64,000 nt of DNA from the NCBI GenBank assembly GCA_963740635.1, contig CAVUEQ010000001.1, positions 17,026-81,025 of the forward strand. Direction: 5' to 3'. Each line of letters opens with the position of its first letter. The first letter of the stretch is position 1. Below, in pieces: positions 36,477 through 46,057 of the stretch. Below the pieces are notes generated by a model. That model did not search any database. It was not told the origin of the DNA and was given only the letters and a program-made list of their open reading frames with translations. The position numbers and the translations under genes were made by a program. This DNA comes from an uncultured bacterium. GTDB taxonomy: Bacteria; Patescibacteriota; Saccharimonadia; UBA4664.

Positions 36477-36980
36477 ATGAAGCTAAGACTGATCATTGCG
36501 GGTGGAACAATCGATAAGCAATTTAACCAAGTTACGGGCGACTTGGCGTTTGGTGATACGCATTTGAACGAAATGCTGAAACAGGCCCGGTTTGAGGGCG
36601 AGCTCACAATCGAACATATCCTGATGAAGGACAGTTTGGATATGACTCAGGGAGATCGCGATAAGCTGGCCGAGGCTTGCCAGGATGCCCCGGAAACCAA
36701 GATCGTCGTGACGCACGGGCTCGACACGATGATCGAATCTGCCCGGACGATCGATAAGGCGCTCGACGGCAAGGAGAAGACCGTGGTGCTGACGGGCGCG
36801 ATGGTGCCTTACAGCTTGGGTATGAGTTCGGATGCACTGTTTAATCTCGGGACGGCGCTGGCTTTTGCCCAATCGTTGCCGGCCGGAGTATACGTGGGCA
36901 TGAACGGTCATTATTTTGCCAGCGATAACGTGGCGCGGGATACGGCGAAGGGCAGTTTTAAACCGGCCGGCGCTCACTAG
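36477..36980 (+). CDS. Short asparaginase-like protein, paralog 2
   Basis: AGGTIDK, THGLDTM, VLTGAMVP motifs; 167 aa. Confidence 0.75.
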   Translation: MKLRLIIAGGTIDKQFNQVTGDLAFGDTHLNEMLKQARFEGELTIEHILMKDSLDMTQGDRDKLAEACQDAPETKIVVTHGLDTMIESARTIDKALDGKEKTVVLTGAMVPYSLGMSSDALFNLGTALAFAQSLPAGVYVGMNGHYFASDNVARDTAKGSFKPAGAH

Positions 36981-37091
36981 CCATTCCACGCAGCCATCCT
37001 GGAGTGGCATCGTGGAGCTTGCCTGGCGGATTGTTACGGATTTGCCGGAGCGCAAACCTCGTGTTACGCTCCTGGGGAGCAAAGGTGCGTG

Positions 37092-38369
37092 ATGGCTAAG
37101 CAACAGATACAGAGCTTAAGAGGAATGTACGACCAGCTGCCGGAGCAGACCGCGGCCTACGATTTCCTGGTGGGAGCTTTCCGGTCGGTAGCCGAGGCGG
37201 CCGGTTATGGCCGCATCGAGACGCCGCTGCTGGAGGACAAGGCGCTGTTTGAGCGCGGGGTGGGCACCGATACAGATGCCGTCTCGAAGGAAATGTACGT
37301 GTTTGCGGACCGGTCAGACCATCAGGTGGCATTGAGACCGGAGTTTACGGCCGGGGTGGTGCGGGCATTTATTGAGCACGGCATGAACTCGTTGCCCCAA
37401 CCCGTGAAGCTGTACAGTTACGGGTCGTTGTTTCGCTACGACCGGCCGCAAGCGGGCCGTCAGCGCCAGTTTAACCAGGTGAACATCGAGGTACTGGGGG
37501 ACGCCGCGCCCAGTACTGACGCGCAGGTGATAATGCTGGCGCAGCGGTTTTTCCGACGGATCAGGCTGGCCAATGTGTCGTTGCAGCTTAATAGCATCGG
37601 CGACGGGGCTTGCCGGCCGAAGTACAAGAAAGTGCTGACCGAATATCTGGAAGCAAATGTGAAGAAGCTGGCAGCGGTGGACCGGGACCGGTTTGCCAAG
37701 AACCCGCTGCGGGTGCTCGACTCGAAGGAGGTGGCCACTGCGGCCGTGCTGGCGGAGGCGCCGCAGACCCTGAACTTCCTGTGCGAGGCATGTCAGAAGC
37801 ACTTCGCGGGGGTGTTGGAATATTTGGATGATCTGGGGGTGGCTTATGAGCTCAATCCGCTGCTGGTGCGGGGCTTGGATTACTACACCCGCACGGTGTT
37901 TGAATTTTATGGCGAGCGTGAGGGTGCGCAGGCCAGTTTGGGTGGCGGCGGACGGTATGACTTGCTAGTGGAGACATTGGGCGGCCAGCCGACGCCGGCT
38001 GTCGGCTTCGCGCTAGGGTCCGAGCGAATTATGCTGGAACTGGAGGCGGCGGGGGCTTTGCCTCAACCGGCTGGACCCAAGCGGGTGTACGTGGCCAGCC
38101 TGGGCGAGCCGGCGAGGCTGGCGGCATTCCGCCTCATTGAGCAACTGCTCGACGGGGGCGTGGGCGCGCTGGGAGCGGTGGACCGGGATGGCATTGGTAC
38201 GCAGCTGGCGCGGGCTGACCGGCTGGGGGTGCCGTTTGCGATCATCATCGGGCAAAAGGAAGTGCGCGAGGACACGGTGATTCTGCGGGATATGACATCG
38301 GGCGCTCAGGAAATTATTCCGCTCGACACGATCGTGCCGGAACTGCGCACTAGATTTGGCATTGCGTAG
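37092..38369 (+). CDS. hisS: Histidine--tRNA ligase
   Basis: Class II motifs (GMYD..P, FRYDRPQAGRQRQF, GGGRYD) and anticodon-binding domain. Confidence 0.95.
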   Translation: MAKQQIQSLRGMYDQLPEQTAAYDFLVGAFRSVAEAAGYGRIETPLLEDKALFERGVGTDTDAVSKEMYVFADRSDHQVALRPEFTAGVVRAFIEHGMNSLPQPVKLYSYGSLFRYDRPQAGRQRQFNQVNIEVLGDAAPSTDAQVIMLAQRFFRRIRLANVSLQLNSIGDGACRPKYKKVLTEYLEANVKKLAAVDRDRFAKNPLRVLDSKEVATAAVLAEAPQTLNFLCEACQKHFAGVLEYLDDLGVAYELNPLLVRGLDYYTRTVFEFYGEREGAQASLGGGGRYDLLVETLGGQPTPAVGFALGSERIMLELEAAGALPQPAGPKRVYVASLGEPARLAAFRLIEQLLDGGVGALGAVDRDGIGTQLARADRLGVPFAIIIGQKEVREDTVILRDMTSGAQEIIPLDTIVPELRTRFGIA

Positions 38370-38411
38370 GAAATAGGCGCATAATTGCTCCACAAATAGC
38401 GGGAGGCTGAT

Positions 38412-39170
38412 ATGGGACTTCTAAACACCCTGATTGTTTTGGTGGTTCTGGGTATTTTGTTTGGGTTGCGGATTGTGCAGCAATACGAGCGCGGGGTGGT
38501 GTTCCGGTTTGGCCGCGTGGTCGGCGAGAAAGGGCCGGGGCTGAGGGTGATTATTCCGCTGGTGGACGTGCTGCGCAAGGTGAATATGCGCATTATTACC
38601 ATGCCGATTCCGTCGCAAAACGTGATCACGAAGGACAATGTGTCGATCGATGTGGCGGCGGTGGCGTACTACAACGTGGTGGATGCGACCAAGTCGCTGG
38701 TGGCGATCGATAACGTGCTGATGGCGATCAACCAGATTTCGCAGACCACGGTGCGCAATATCGTGGGCCAGCATGCGATGGACGAGGTGCTGAGCAATAC
38801 CAGCAAGATCAACCTGCTGGTGATGCAGATTTTGGAGAGCACGATCGAGCAGTGGGGGATTGAGCTGACGCGGGTGGAGCTCAAAGATATCCAGCTGCCG
38901 GACACGATGCAGCGGGCGATGGCGCGGCAGGCCGAGGCGGAGCGCGAGAAGCGGGCCAAGATAATTGCGGCCGAGGGTGAATTTCAGAGCGCCGAGAAGC
39001 TGGGCCAGGCCGCGGATATTATCCAGGCCCACCCGGTGGCGCTGCAGCTGCGGAACTTGCAGGTTTTGACCGAAATCGCGTCGGAGAAAAACTCCACAGT
39101 CATCTTTCCGGCCCAGTTTATGGATTCGATGCGCAGCGTGAAGGAATTCTTGGAAAAGGAGACCACGTAG
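38412..39170 (+). CDS. SPFH/Band-7 (stomatin-like) membrane protein
   Basis: N-terminal TM; [11 protein letters not shown], and a C-terminal [12 protein letters not shown] coiled region. Confidence 0.9.
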   Translation: MGLLNTLIVLVVLGILFGLRIVQQYERGVVFRFGRVVGEKGPGLRVIIPLVDVLRKVNMRIITMPIPSQNVITKDNVSIDVAAVAYYNVVDATKSLVAIDNVLMAINQISQTTVRNIVGQHAMDEVLSNTSKINLLVMQILESTIEQWGIELTRVELKDIQLPDTMQRAMARQAEAEREKRAKIIAAEGEFQSAEKLGQAADIIQAHPVALQLRNLQVLTEIASEKNSTVIFPAQFMDSMRSVKEFLEKETT

Positions 39171-39278
39171 GTCTCCTCAGTTGTCGAAAAAAATATCTTT
39201 CCGGAGGGATTTTTCGGCAAATAGCACCATGACCGCGTTGCTGGTGAGGGCCAGAATTTATAGTGATGGGAGTGGCCT

Positions 39279-40532
39279 GTGGAGACCGAAAGCAAACCCA
39301 GCTATGAAGAACTCGAGGCCGAGGTGGCGCGGTTGCGCGCCCAGGATACAGCCAGGCCGGCCAAAGCGGGGCGGCATCTGTGGCGGTCGTTTGGGATTGG
39401 CCTGCTGATAGTGCTGGGCTGCGTGGGCCTGGTGGCGGCTGATTTGTCACTGTGGGCCAACCGGACCGTAATGAGCACGGACGGATTTATGAAGGTAGTG
39501 GGGCCGCTGCCGCAGCAGCCGCCGGTGCAGGCGGCGTTGGTGAAGGCGGCCAACGACGGGCTCACAAGCAATGTGGATATTCCGGCGGCGGTGAAGGATG
39601 CGTTGCCGGAAAAAGCCGCATTTTTGGCAGGGCCGATTGCGGACCAGATTGCGAGTGCGATCCAGCGGGTGCTCACGAAGGTGGTGTCGTCGCCCCGGTT
39701 TGAGGATGTGTGGTCGAATGTGGCATCCAGGGCGCACACCCGGGTAATTAATGTGGTGGCGAACTACCAGGGCGACGGGCAGGTTGACCTGCAAGATGCG
39801 TACAAATACCTGGGGGCGCAGCTGGCAGACACGCCGCTGGCGGCCGTGGCTAACACGTCGCTGCCCGACAAATACGGCAGCATCGAGCTGATAAGCGCGC
39901 GGTGGGTGCCGGCGGCGCACCAGGCCTACGAGACGGTGCGGTGGGCGGTGCCGGTGGGGTTTGCATTGGTGCTGGCGTGCCTGGGAGGGGCGATAATGTG
40001 GTCCCGGCGCCGCCGCCGCACGCTGATGCAGATAAGCGTAGCGGCAGCGCTGAGTGTGATGCTTACGGCGGTGGTGTTGCGGGTGGCGCGGGAAGTGCGG
40101 CTGGGCCAAATTCAAGATCCCACATATCATGCGGCAGCCGCGTCGGTGTGGCACGCGTTCTTGGTGCCAATGTTTACGCAGACCGGTGTGTGGCTGGTGA
40201 TTATTGGGTTGGTGCTAGTGGGCGCGTGGATTACGGGCCCGTACCGCGCCGCAGTGGGCACGCGGGCGCGGCTGGGGCGCGGTAGTGGCAACGTGTACCG
40301 GGCCTTGGGCAGCTTCGGGGCGGGTTCGCCGGCAGTGGGTTGGCTGCGGCGCCGCCGCCGGACGGTGGAGTGGCTGCTGGTGGGTCTGACGATTGTGGTT
40401 TTGATGTTCCTGACGCCGCTGACATTTGCAATTGTAGGCTGGTCGGTGGTGATATTGGTGGCGGCCGTGGTAGTGGTGGAGATTTTGTCGAGCGGCAACG
40501 GCGCTGGCGTCGCAGTCCGGGGCAATAAGTGA
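39279..40532 (+). CDS. Integral membrane protein, hypothetical
   Basis: 417-aa ORF (GTG start): N-terminal coiled segment, about 5 TM segments separated by RRRRR loops. Confidence 0.6.
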   Translation: METESKPSYEELEAEVARLRAQDTARPAKAGRHLWRSFGIGLLIVLGCVGLVAADLSLWANRTVMSTDGFMKVVGPLPQQPPVQAALVKAANDGLTSNVDIPAAVKDALPEKAAFLAGPIADQIASAIQRVLTKVVSSPRFEDVWSNVASRAHTRVINVVANYQGDGQVDLQDAYKYLGAQLADTPLAAVANTSLPDKYGSIELISARWVPAAHQAYETVRWAVPVGFALVLACLGGAIMWSRRRRRTLMQISVAAALSVMLTAVVLRVAREVRLGQIQDPTYHAAAASVWHAFLVPMFTQTGVWLVIIGLVLVGAWITGPYRAAVGTRARLGRGSGNVYRALGSFGAGSPAVGWLRRRRRTVEWLLVGLTIVVLMFLTPLTFAIVGWSVVILVAAVVVVEILSSGNGAGVAVRGNK

Positions 40533-42130
40533 TGAGCGGGAAACTCAAAAAGATTTTGATATTGCTGGCGTCGGTCCAGTTTATTTTTACCCTCGACACC
40601 ACATTTATGAACGTTTCGATCAGCACTCTGGTGAAGGATCTCAATACAACGGTGACTGCCATTCAGACAGCGATCACGTTTTATACCTTGGTGATGGCGG
40701 CGTTTATGATCGCCGGCGCGAAGGTGGGGGATATTATCGGGCGTAAACGGGCGTTTGTTCTGGGGCTGTCGATCTACGCGGCCGGGTCGTTCATTACGAG
40801 CATTAGCCCTAATATCGGTGTGCTGATGTTTGGCTGGTCATTCTTGGAGGGAGTCGGGGCGGCGCTGGCGATCCCGGCCATGTTTTCGCTAATCACGGGC
40901 AACTTTGAGGCCGGCGAGTCACGGGCTAAGGCGTACGGAACGCTGGCAGCGATGGGGGCCATAGGGGCGGCGGCCGGGCCGATCGTGGGAGGGCTGCTCA
41001 CTACTTACGCGTCCTGGCGGCTGGGATTTGCGGCTGAAGTGGTGATTGCCGGGGCGGTGCTGCTGCAGCGCAAGGCGATACAGGACGCGCCGCTGGGCGC
41101 CGCCAAGCCCAAGTTCGATTTCGGGGGATTTGTGTTGTCCGCACTGGGGTTGACAGTGGTGGTATCGGGTATCTTGCTGGCCAGCACGTACGGCATCTTC
41201 GTTGCCCGGGATAATTTCAGTATTTTTGGCGTTCAAATCGCCCATGCGGGGGGAGTGTCGCCGACGGTGGAATTTGTGATCGTGGGGTTGCTAATCCTGG
41301 CGGGGTTTGTGGGGTGGCAGGTGCGTCAGACCAAGCGTGACCGGCCGGTGCTGATCGAGCCGGTGCTATTTAAGAGCCGGACGGTGCGGGCCGGAGTGTC
41401 GAGCACGTTGGTCCAATACCTGCTGATGGCGGGCATGATGTTCTCACTGAGTTTGTACCTGCAACTGGCGCTGGGGTATACGGCGTTTCAGACCGGCCTG
41501 ACGCTTTTGCCGATGTCGGTGGCGGTGTTGATTTTCGCCAACCTGGGGGCCAAGTTGACCGATACGTTTGCCCCGCGCAGTATGGTGATTTCGGGTTTCG
41601 CGGTATTGCTCACGGGTGTGGCGTTTTTGGGAGTGCGGGTGGGGCACTTGGATTCGGGCATGCAATTCTTCCTGCCGCTGGCGATCGTCGGCGCCGGGTT
41701 GGGTTTGACGGCTTCCCAGCTCGCCAATATGGTGCAATCGGCAGTCAAGGCCGATCAAACCAGCGAGGCCTCAGGACTCAATTCGACGTTTCAGAATCTG
41801 GGCAGTTCGCTGGGGACGGCGCTGGCGGGGTCGATTGTGATTTCCATAATCATTGGTACGACCCAAACGCTAATTAGCGACAATACCGTTCTGAATTCCA
41901 GCCAAAAGGCTCAGTATTCGGAGGCGCTGACCGGAAGCGTGCAAGTGCTGAGCAACGCCCAAGTGGAGGCAAAGCTGGAGGGTCAGCCGGCGGATGTAAC
42001 GCACGCGGTGGTGTCGATAAATTCTGAGGCGCGGGATAAAGCGCTGAGCGACGTGATGATCGCGCTGGCGGCGATCGGGTTCCTGGGTGTGGTCACGGGG
42101 TGGAGGCTGCCGAAGCCGTTAAAGACCTAG
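40532..42130 (+). CDS. MFS transporter (14-TMS DHA2/EmrB-like)
   Basis: GKVGDIIGRKRAF motif A, about 14 hydrophobic segments. The ATG overlaps the upstream stop. Confidence 0.9.
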   Translation: MSGKLKKILILLASVQFIFTLDTTFMNVSISTLVKDLNTTVTAIQTAITFYTLVMAAFMIAGAKVGDIIGRKRAFVLGLSIYAAGSFITSISPNIGVLMFGWSFLEGVGAALAIPAMFSLITGNFEAGESRAKAYGTLAAMGAIGAAAGPIVGGLLTTYASWRLGFAAEVVIAGAVLLQRKAIQDAPLGAAKPKFDFGGFVLSALGLTVVVSGILLASTYGIFVARDNFSIFGVQIAHAGGVSPTVEFVIVGLLILAGFVGWQVRQTKRDRPVLIEPVLFKSRTVRAGVSSTLVQYLLMAGMMFSLSLYLQLALGYTAFQTGLTLLPMSVAVLIFANLGAKLTDTFAPRSMVISGFAVLLTGVAFLGVRVGHLDSGMQFFLPLAIVGAGLGLTASQLANMVQSAVKADQTSEASGLNSTFQNLGSSLGTALAGSIVISIIIGTTQTLISDNTVLNSSQKAQYSEALTGSVQVLSNAQVEAKLEGQPADVTHAVVSINSEARDKALSDVMIALAAIGFLGVVTGWRLPKPLKT

Positions 42131-42784
42131 GCGGTTGGTGATCCACAGGACCTTGGTGACGTAGGCGTCGGAATGGTTGTAGTTGTAGAGAGCGTTGCGG
42201 TAGTTGCCCTTGTCGGCGCCGCCGGCGGCCAGGTAGCGGCCGGCGGTGAGCAGGGCATCGTCGAGGTCGGAGATGGTGGCGGTGCCGTCGCCGTCGCCGT
42301 CGAGGGCGTAGTGGGCGAAGGTGGCGGGCATAAATTGCATGGGGCCGGTGGCGCCGGCTGAGCTGGTGCGGGTGGTGTCACCGGATTGGCCGGTTTCCAC
42401 GGAGTGGACGGCGGCCAGGAGCTGCCAAGGCGTGCCGGTCCTGGCCTGCACGGCGAGGTAATTGGCGGCGAAGGTGGGCTTGAGACCGGCGGCCGTGAGC
42501 TTGGTTTGGGCGGCCAGGACCGGATCGGGGGCGGTGAGGTTGGGGGTGGGCTCGGCCGCCGGCTGGTCAGTAGTGGGTGCAGCGTCTGATGGCAGGGAAG
42601 TTGCCGGCGTGGCTTGGGTCACGGTTGCCGGGCCGGGACTGGACTTAGCCGAGACGGTTTCGGCCCAGCCGGGCGCAAATGAAGCCTGGGCGTGCTGGTT
42701 GTAGGTGGCCGCGAAAGTGAAGAGATTGAGCAAGCCCATGATCGACAGGCTGGCTATGAGGGTGGTTTTGAGTCCGGTGGTCAT
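42119..42784 (-). CDS. Lytic transglycosylase (SLT/MltB-like), secreted
   Basis: Signal anchor; GATGPMQFMPATF and YNHSD.YV motifs. Confidence 0.8.
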   Translation of the reverse strand: MTTGLKTTLIASLSIMGLLNLFTFAATYNQHAQASFAPGWAETVSAKSSPGPATVTQATPATSLPSDAAPTTDQPAAEPTPNLTAPDPVLAAQTKLTAAGLKPTFAANYLAVQARTGTPWQLLAAVHSVETGQSGDTTRTSSAGATGPMQFMPATFAHYALDGDGDGTATISDLDDALLTAGRYLAAGGADKGNYRNALYNYNHSDAYVTKVLWITNRLGL

Positions 42785-42886
42785 GAGCGGGAAATATTTA
42801 AGAATTGGCTATTTTGCGCTGATTCCGTGCAGCCGTCAACCATAAGAGGCTTGGCAGAGGCAAAATCCGAGTGCTATAATTGCGTC

Positions 42887-43210
42887 ATGGAAGACTGTAT
42901 TTTCTGCTCAATCGTTTCGGGAAAGACCGGTCAGTTGATATGGGAAAATGACGTGGCCGCAGCTTTTAAGTCGATTTCACCCCAGGCGCCGGTGCATATT
43001 TTGGTCGCGACCAAGCAACACATCGAGAACCTCGATCACCTGGACGACCCGGAGTTGGCCGGTAAGGTGCTGCTGGCTGCTCGGGAGGTGGCCCATGGAG
43101 CGGGGATCAAAGGCGGTTGGCGGCTACAAGTTAATAATGGTGCTCGTGGGGGTCAGACAGTGAACCATTTGCACCTTCATGTGTTGGGTGGTAGGCAGCT
43201 GGAAGAATAG
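42887..43210 (+). CDS. HIT-family nucleotide hydrolase
   Basis: CIFC..., HLHLHVLGG histidine triad. Start at MEDCIF; the upstream part of the track ORF is antisense to the previous gene. Confidence 0.9.
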   Translation: MEDCIFCSIVSGKTGQLIWENDVAAAFKSISPQAPVHILVATKQHIENLDHLDDPELAGKVLLAAREVAHGAGIKGGWRLQVNNGARGGQTVNHLHLHVLGGRQLEE

Positions 43211-43337
43211 AAAGTACCCGCATGTTTGCAGCCGTCTTTTGCGTAGGCGTCTTTATTGCGCGGTGAGGCTAAATCTGGTAGGATACCTGGGCAATTCTTA
43301 ATGTCCCCAACGCCAGCCGAAAGGAGGTGATTTCTAC

Positions 43338-43547
43338 ATGCTTCAAGTAACACGCAAAGACGACAAAGAGTCGTTGGAAAACATGATCCGCCGCTTTAAC
43401 AAGAAAGTGCAGCAGAGCGGCGTGCTCGGTATTGCCCGCCGCGGCAAATATTTCGAGAAGGACCTGACCAAGCGCGCCCAGCGCGAAATCGCCATCCGCA
43501 AATCGGCGCGCAAGGCAGCCAAAGCTAAAGCCTATTTGGGACGTTAA
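43338..43547 (+). CDS. rpsU: 30S ribosomal protein S21
   Basis: 69 aa, SLE.MIRRF.KKV...G.....R...FEK.....R pattern; AAGGAGG RBS. Confidence 0.9.
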   Translation: MLQVTRKDDKESLENMIRRFNKKVQQSGVLGIARRGKYFEKDLTKRAQREIAIRKSARKAAKAKAYLGR

Positions 43548-43553
43548 TTTCTA

Positions 43554-44000
43554 GTGTCTATCACGCAGCAGATAACTGAAGACATGAAAACCAGCATGAA
43601 ATCCGGTGACGCCGAGCGCACCGGAGTCTTGAGGCTGCTGCGGTCGGCCTTTAAGAACGAGGAAATCAAGATCGGGCACGAGCTGGATGAGGCCGAGGCT
43701 ATGAAGGTGCTGCAGCGCGAGGCCAAGCAGAGGCGGGATTCGATTGCGGCCTACCAGAGCGCTGGCCGCGCGGATCTGCAGGCGACCGAGGAGGCCGAGC
43801 TGGAGGTGATTTCGGCGTACCTGCCGGCGGCGATGAGCGAGGAAGACCTGACGAAACTGGTGGATGAAGTGGTGGCGGAGACCGGCGCGACCAGTCCGGC
43901 CCAGATGGGTCAGGTGATTGGCGCGGTGATGAAGCGGGCCGGGGCGGCGGCTGACGGCGCGATGGTGGCCAGGGTGGTGAAGGGCAGGTTGAGCGAGTGA
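43554..44000 (+). CDS. GatB/YqeY domain protein
   Basis: I.EDMK.SMKSGD..R..VLRLL..A.KNEEI; follows rpsU as in many bacteria. Confidence 0.85.
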   Translation: MSITQQITEDMKTSMKSGDAERTGVLRLLRSAFKNEEIKIGHELDEAEAMKVLQREAKQRRDSIAAYQSAGRADLQATEEAELEVISAYLPAAMSEEDLTKLVDEVVAETGATSPAQMGQVIGAVMKRAGAAADGAMVARVVKGRLSE

Positions 44001-44482
44001 GCGAGCACGAGCCTGGCACCGGCGACGACCATTATCCGAGCGCGGCCGCGCGCCACGAAGCGGCTGAGCGCCACGCGGCGGCCGACGACCACACCCGGCG
44101 CGTTCATCCGCAATCGCAGCAAAATTTCATAGAGGGCATGGTGCACGCTCTGCACGGGGTGCGGCACGTGTTTCAGCACGAGCGCAACGCGCGGGTGCAC
44201 CTGGCGTTTGCGATCCTGGCTTTCTTGCTGGGGGTGCTGCTGAAGTTGTCCCCGGCTGAGCTGGCGGCGGTGTTTTTCGCGGTTATCATTGTGTTTTTGA
44301 GCGAAATTTTTAATACGGCTATCGAGCGGACGCTGGATTTGATAGATATCGAGGAAAATCCGCGGATCAAGCTGATCAAGGACATGGCGGCCGGAGCGGT
44401 GTTGGTGGCGGCGGCGGCGGCCATCATGATCGGCGTGGCCTTGTTTGTGCCGCGGATCGTGGAGACGCTGTGGCCAAAATAA
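43997..44482 (+). CDS. dgkA: Diacylglycerol/undecaprenol kinase (DgkA family)
   Basis: ERNARVH...EIFNTAIE..LD motifs, 3 TM. The N-terminal extension makes the start uncertain. Confidence 0.8.
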   Translation: MSEHEPGTGDDHYPSAAARHEAAERHAAADDHTRRVHPQSQQNFIEGMVHALHGVRHVFQHERNARVHLAFAILAFLLGVLLKLSPAELAAVFFAVIIVFLSEIFNTAIERTLDLIDIEENPRIKLIKDMAAGAVLVAAAAAIMIGVALFVPRIVETLWPK

Positions 44483-45000
44483 TTTTGTTGATGGGGCCGA
44501 CCGGCGCGGGTAAATCGGTGCAGGGAGACTTGTTGGCGCGGGAGCTGGACGGCGTGCATTTGTCGAGCGGCAATTTGCTGCGCGAGGATCCGGCGGCGGC
44601 GGCCGTGATTGCCGATGGGCGCCTGGCGCCGGCGCCGGAGGTGGAGCGGATTGTGGGTGAAGCGATGGCGAAAGTGCCCCCGGAACGTCCGATAATTTTG
44701 GATGGATTTCCGCGCACCCGCAGCAACGTGCGCTGGATGGACGAAAATCTGGACAAATATGGGCGTGAGGTGACCGACGTGATCTTGATTGAGCTTGATT
44801 TTGAGACCCGGATGAAGCGGCTGGGGCTGAGGGAGCGGGCGGATGACAGTCCGGAGGCCTTGCGCAAAAAATGGGATGAGTACGCCGAGAAGACCCGCCC
44901 CGTGATTGAGCATTACGAGAAGCTGGGGGTGGTGAAGCGAATTGACGGCAGCGGCAACCCTGGGCAGGTGCAGGCGCTGCTGCGAGCGGCCCTGTCGTGA
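44470..45000 (+). CDS. adk: Adenylate kinase-family nucleotide kinase (short, lid-less)
   Basis: P-loop GPTGAGKS and LDGFPRT motif. Confidence 0.8.
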   Translation: MAKIILLMGPTGAGKSVQGDLLARELDGVHLSSGNLLREDPAAAAVIADGRLAPAPEVERIVGEAMAKVPPERPIILDGFPRTRSNVRWMDENLDKYGREVTDVILIELDFETRMKRLGLRERADDSPEALRKKWDEYAEKTRPVIEHYEKLGVVKRIDGSGNPGQVQALLRAALS

Positions 45001-45764
45001 TGAACCAGGTGAAGACGGCCGCCGAGACGCAGCGCCTGCGGACGAGCGGCGGAATTTTAGCCGAGGTGTTGCGGAGGCTATCGGCCGCGCTCGAGCCAGG
45101 CGTTACCACGGGCTATTTGGGTGACATGGCCGCGCGTGAGCTTAAGGCGTTGGGCGGCATGCCGGCCTTTTTGAATTACCGGCCTGATGCCAGGTCGAGG
45201 CCGTTCCCGTCGACCATCTGTATTTCGGTGAACGATGAGATCGTGCACGGCATACCCGGCCCACGGGTGATTGGGGCCGGTGATTTGGTGGGCCTGGATT
45301 TTGGGGTGAATTATGAGGGCATGATCACCGACGGGGCGGTGACCGTGGTGGCGGGCGGGCGGGCGACGCCGGCTCAATCCAGGCTCCTCAAGGCTACGAG
45401 CCAGGCGCTGGAGGCCGGGATTGCACAAGTTCACGACGGGGCCCGTGTGGGTGACGTATCGCATGCGATAGAACAGCGGCTGCGTCGTGACAAGCTAGGC
45501 ATCGTGGAAGAGCTGAGCGGTCATGGTGTGGGCCATAACGTGCACGAGGACCCGCTGGTGCTAAACTACGGGCGGGCTGGGACAGGCCCCCGGTTGGTGG
45601 CCGGGATGTCGATTGCGATCGAGCCCATGGCCACACTGGGCCGCCGCGAAATTTACGTGGATGACGATGGCTGGACCATCCGGACACGCGACGGCAGCTT
45701 GGGGGCGCAGTTCGAGCACACCGTGCTGGTGACCGAGAACGGCTTCGAAATTATGACGAAATAG
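45000..45764 (+). CDS. map: Methionine aminopeptidase, type I
   Basis: Metal ligands in DLVGLDFG, HGVGH, IEPM, FEHTV. Confidence 0.95.
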   Translation: MNQVKTAAETQRLRTSGGILAEVLRRLSAALEPGVTTGYLGDMAARELKALGGMPAFLNYRPDARSRPFPSTICISVNDEIVHGIPGPRVIGAGDLVGLDFGVNYEGMITDGAVTVVAGGRATPAQSRLLKATSQALEAGIAQVHDGARVGDVSHAIEQRLRRDKLGIVEELSGHGVGHNVHEDPLVLNYGRAGTGPRLVAGMSIAIEPMATLGRREIYVDDDGWTIRTRDGSLGAQFEHTVLVTENGFEIMTK

Positions 45765-46057
45765 CCTCGCCAATCCGTCACGCCGATATTTTCTCGCAGG
45801 AGTCGCACATAGTGTAACCATACCGGATTCCGGAGACCACACGAAAAACTGCGCTCAAAAATACCGGAGGTGTCCGGATTTCGGTATAGTCACAATAAAA
45901 TGATGATACTGGTAGTTCATGCCATTGAGCACGGGATTGAATAAACTTTGTGTTCATGCTTCACAACCATTATGAGAATCGGCGAACGGGTATATACAAT
46001 ATTGCGAAATAAGCTTCACAAGAACTATAATGGGCTACAGTTGGGAGCACTGCCATT

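Noticed and set aside
43910-45109. 399-aa ORF on the minus strand
   Set aside because: It is antisense to the yqeY-like, dgkA, adk and map genes. It is R/P/A/S-rich, low complexity, and has no RBS.
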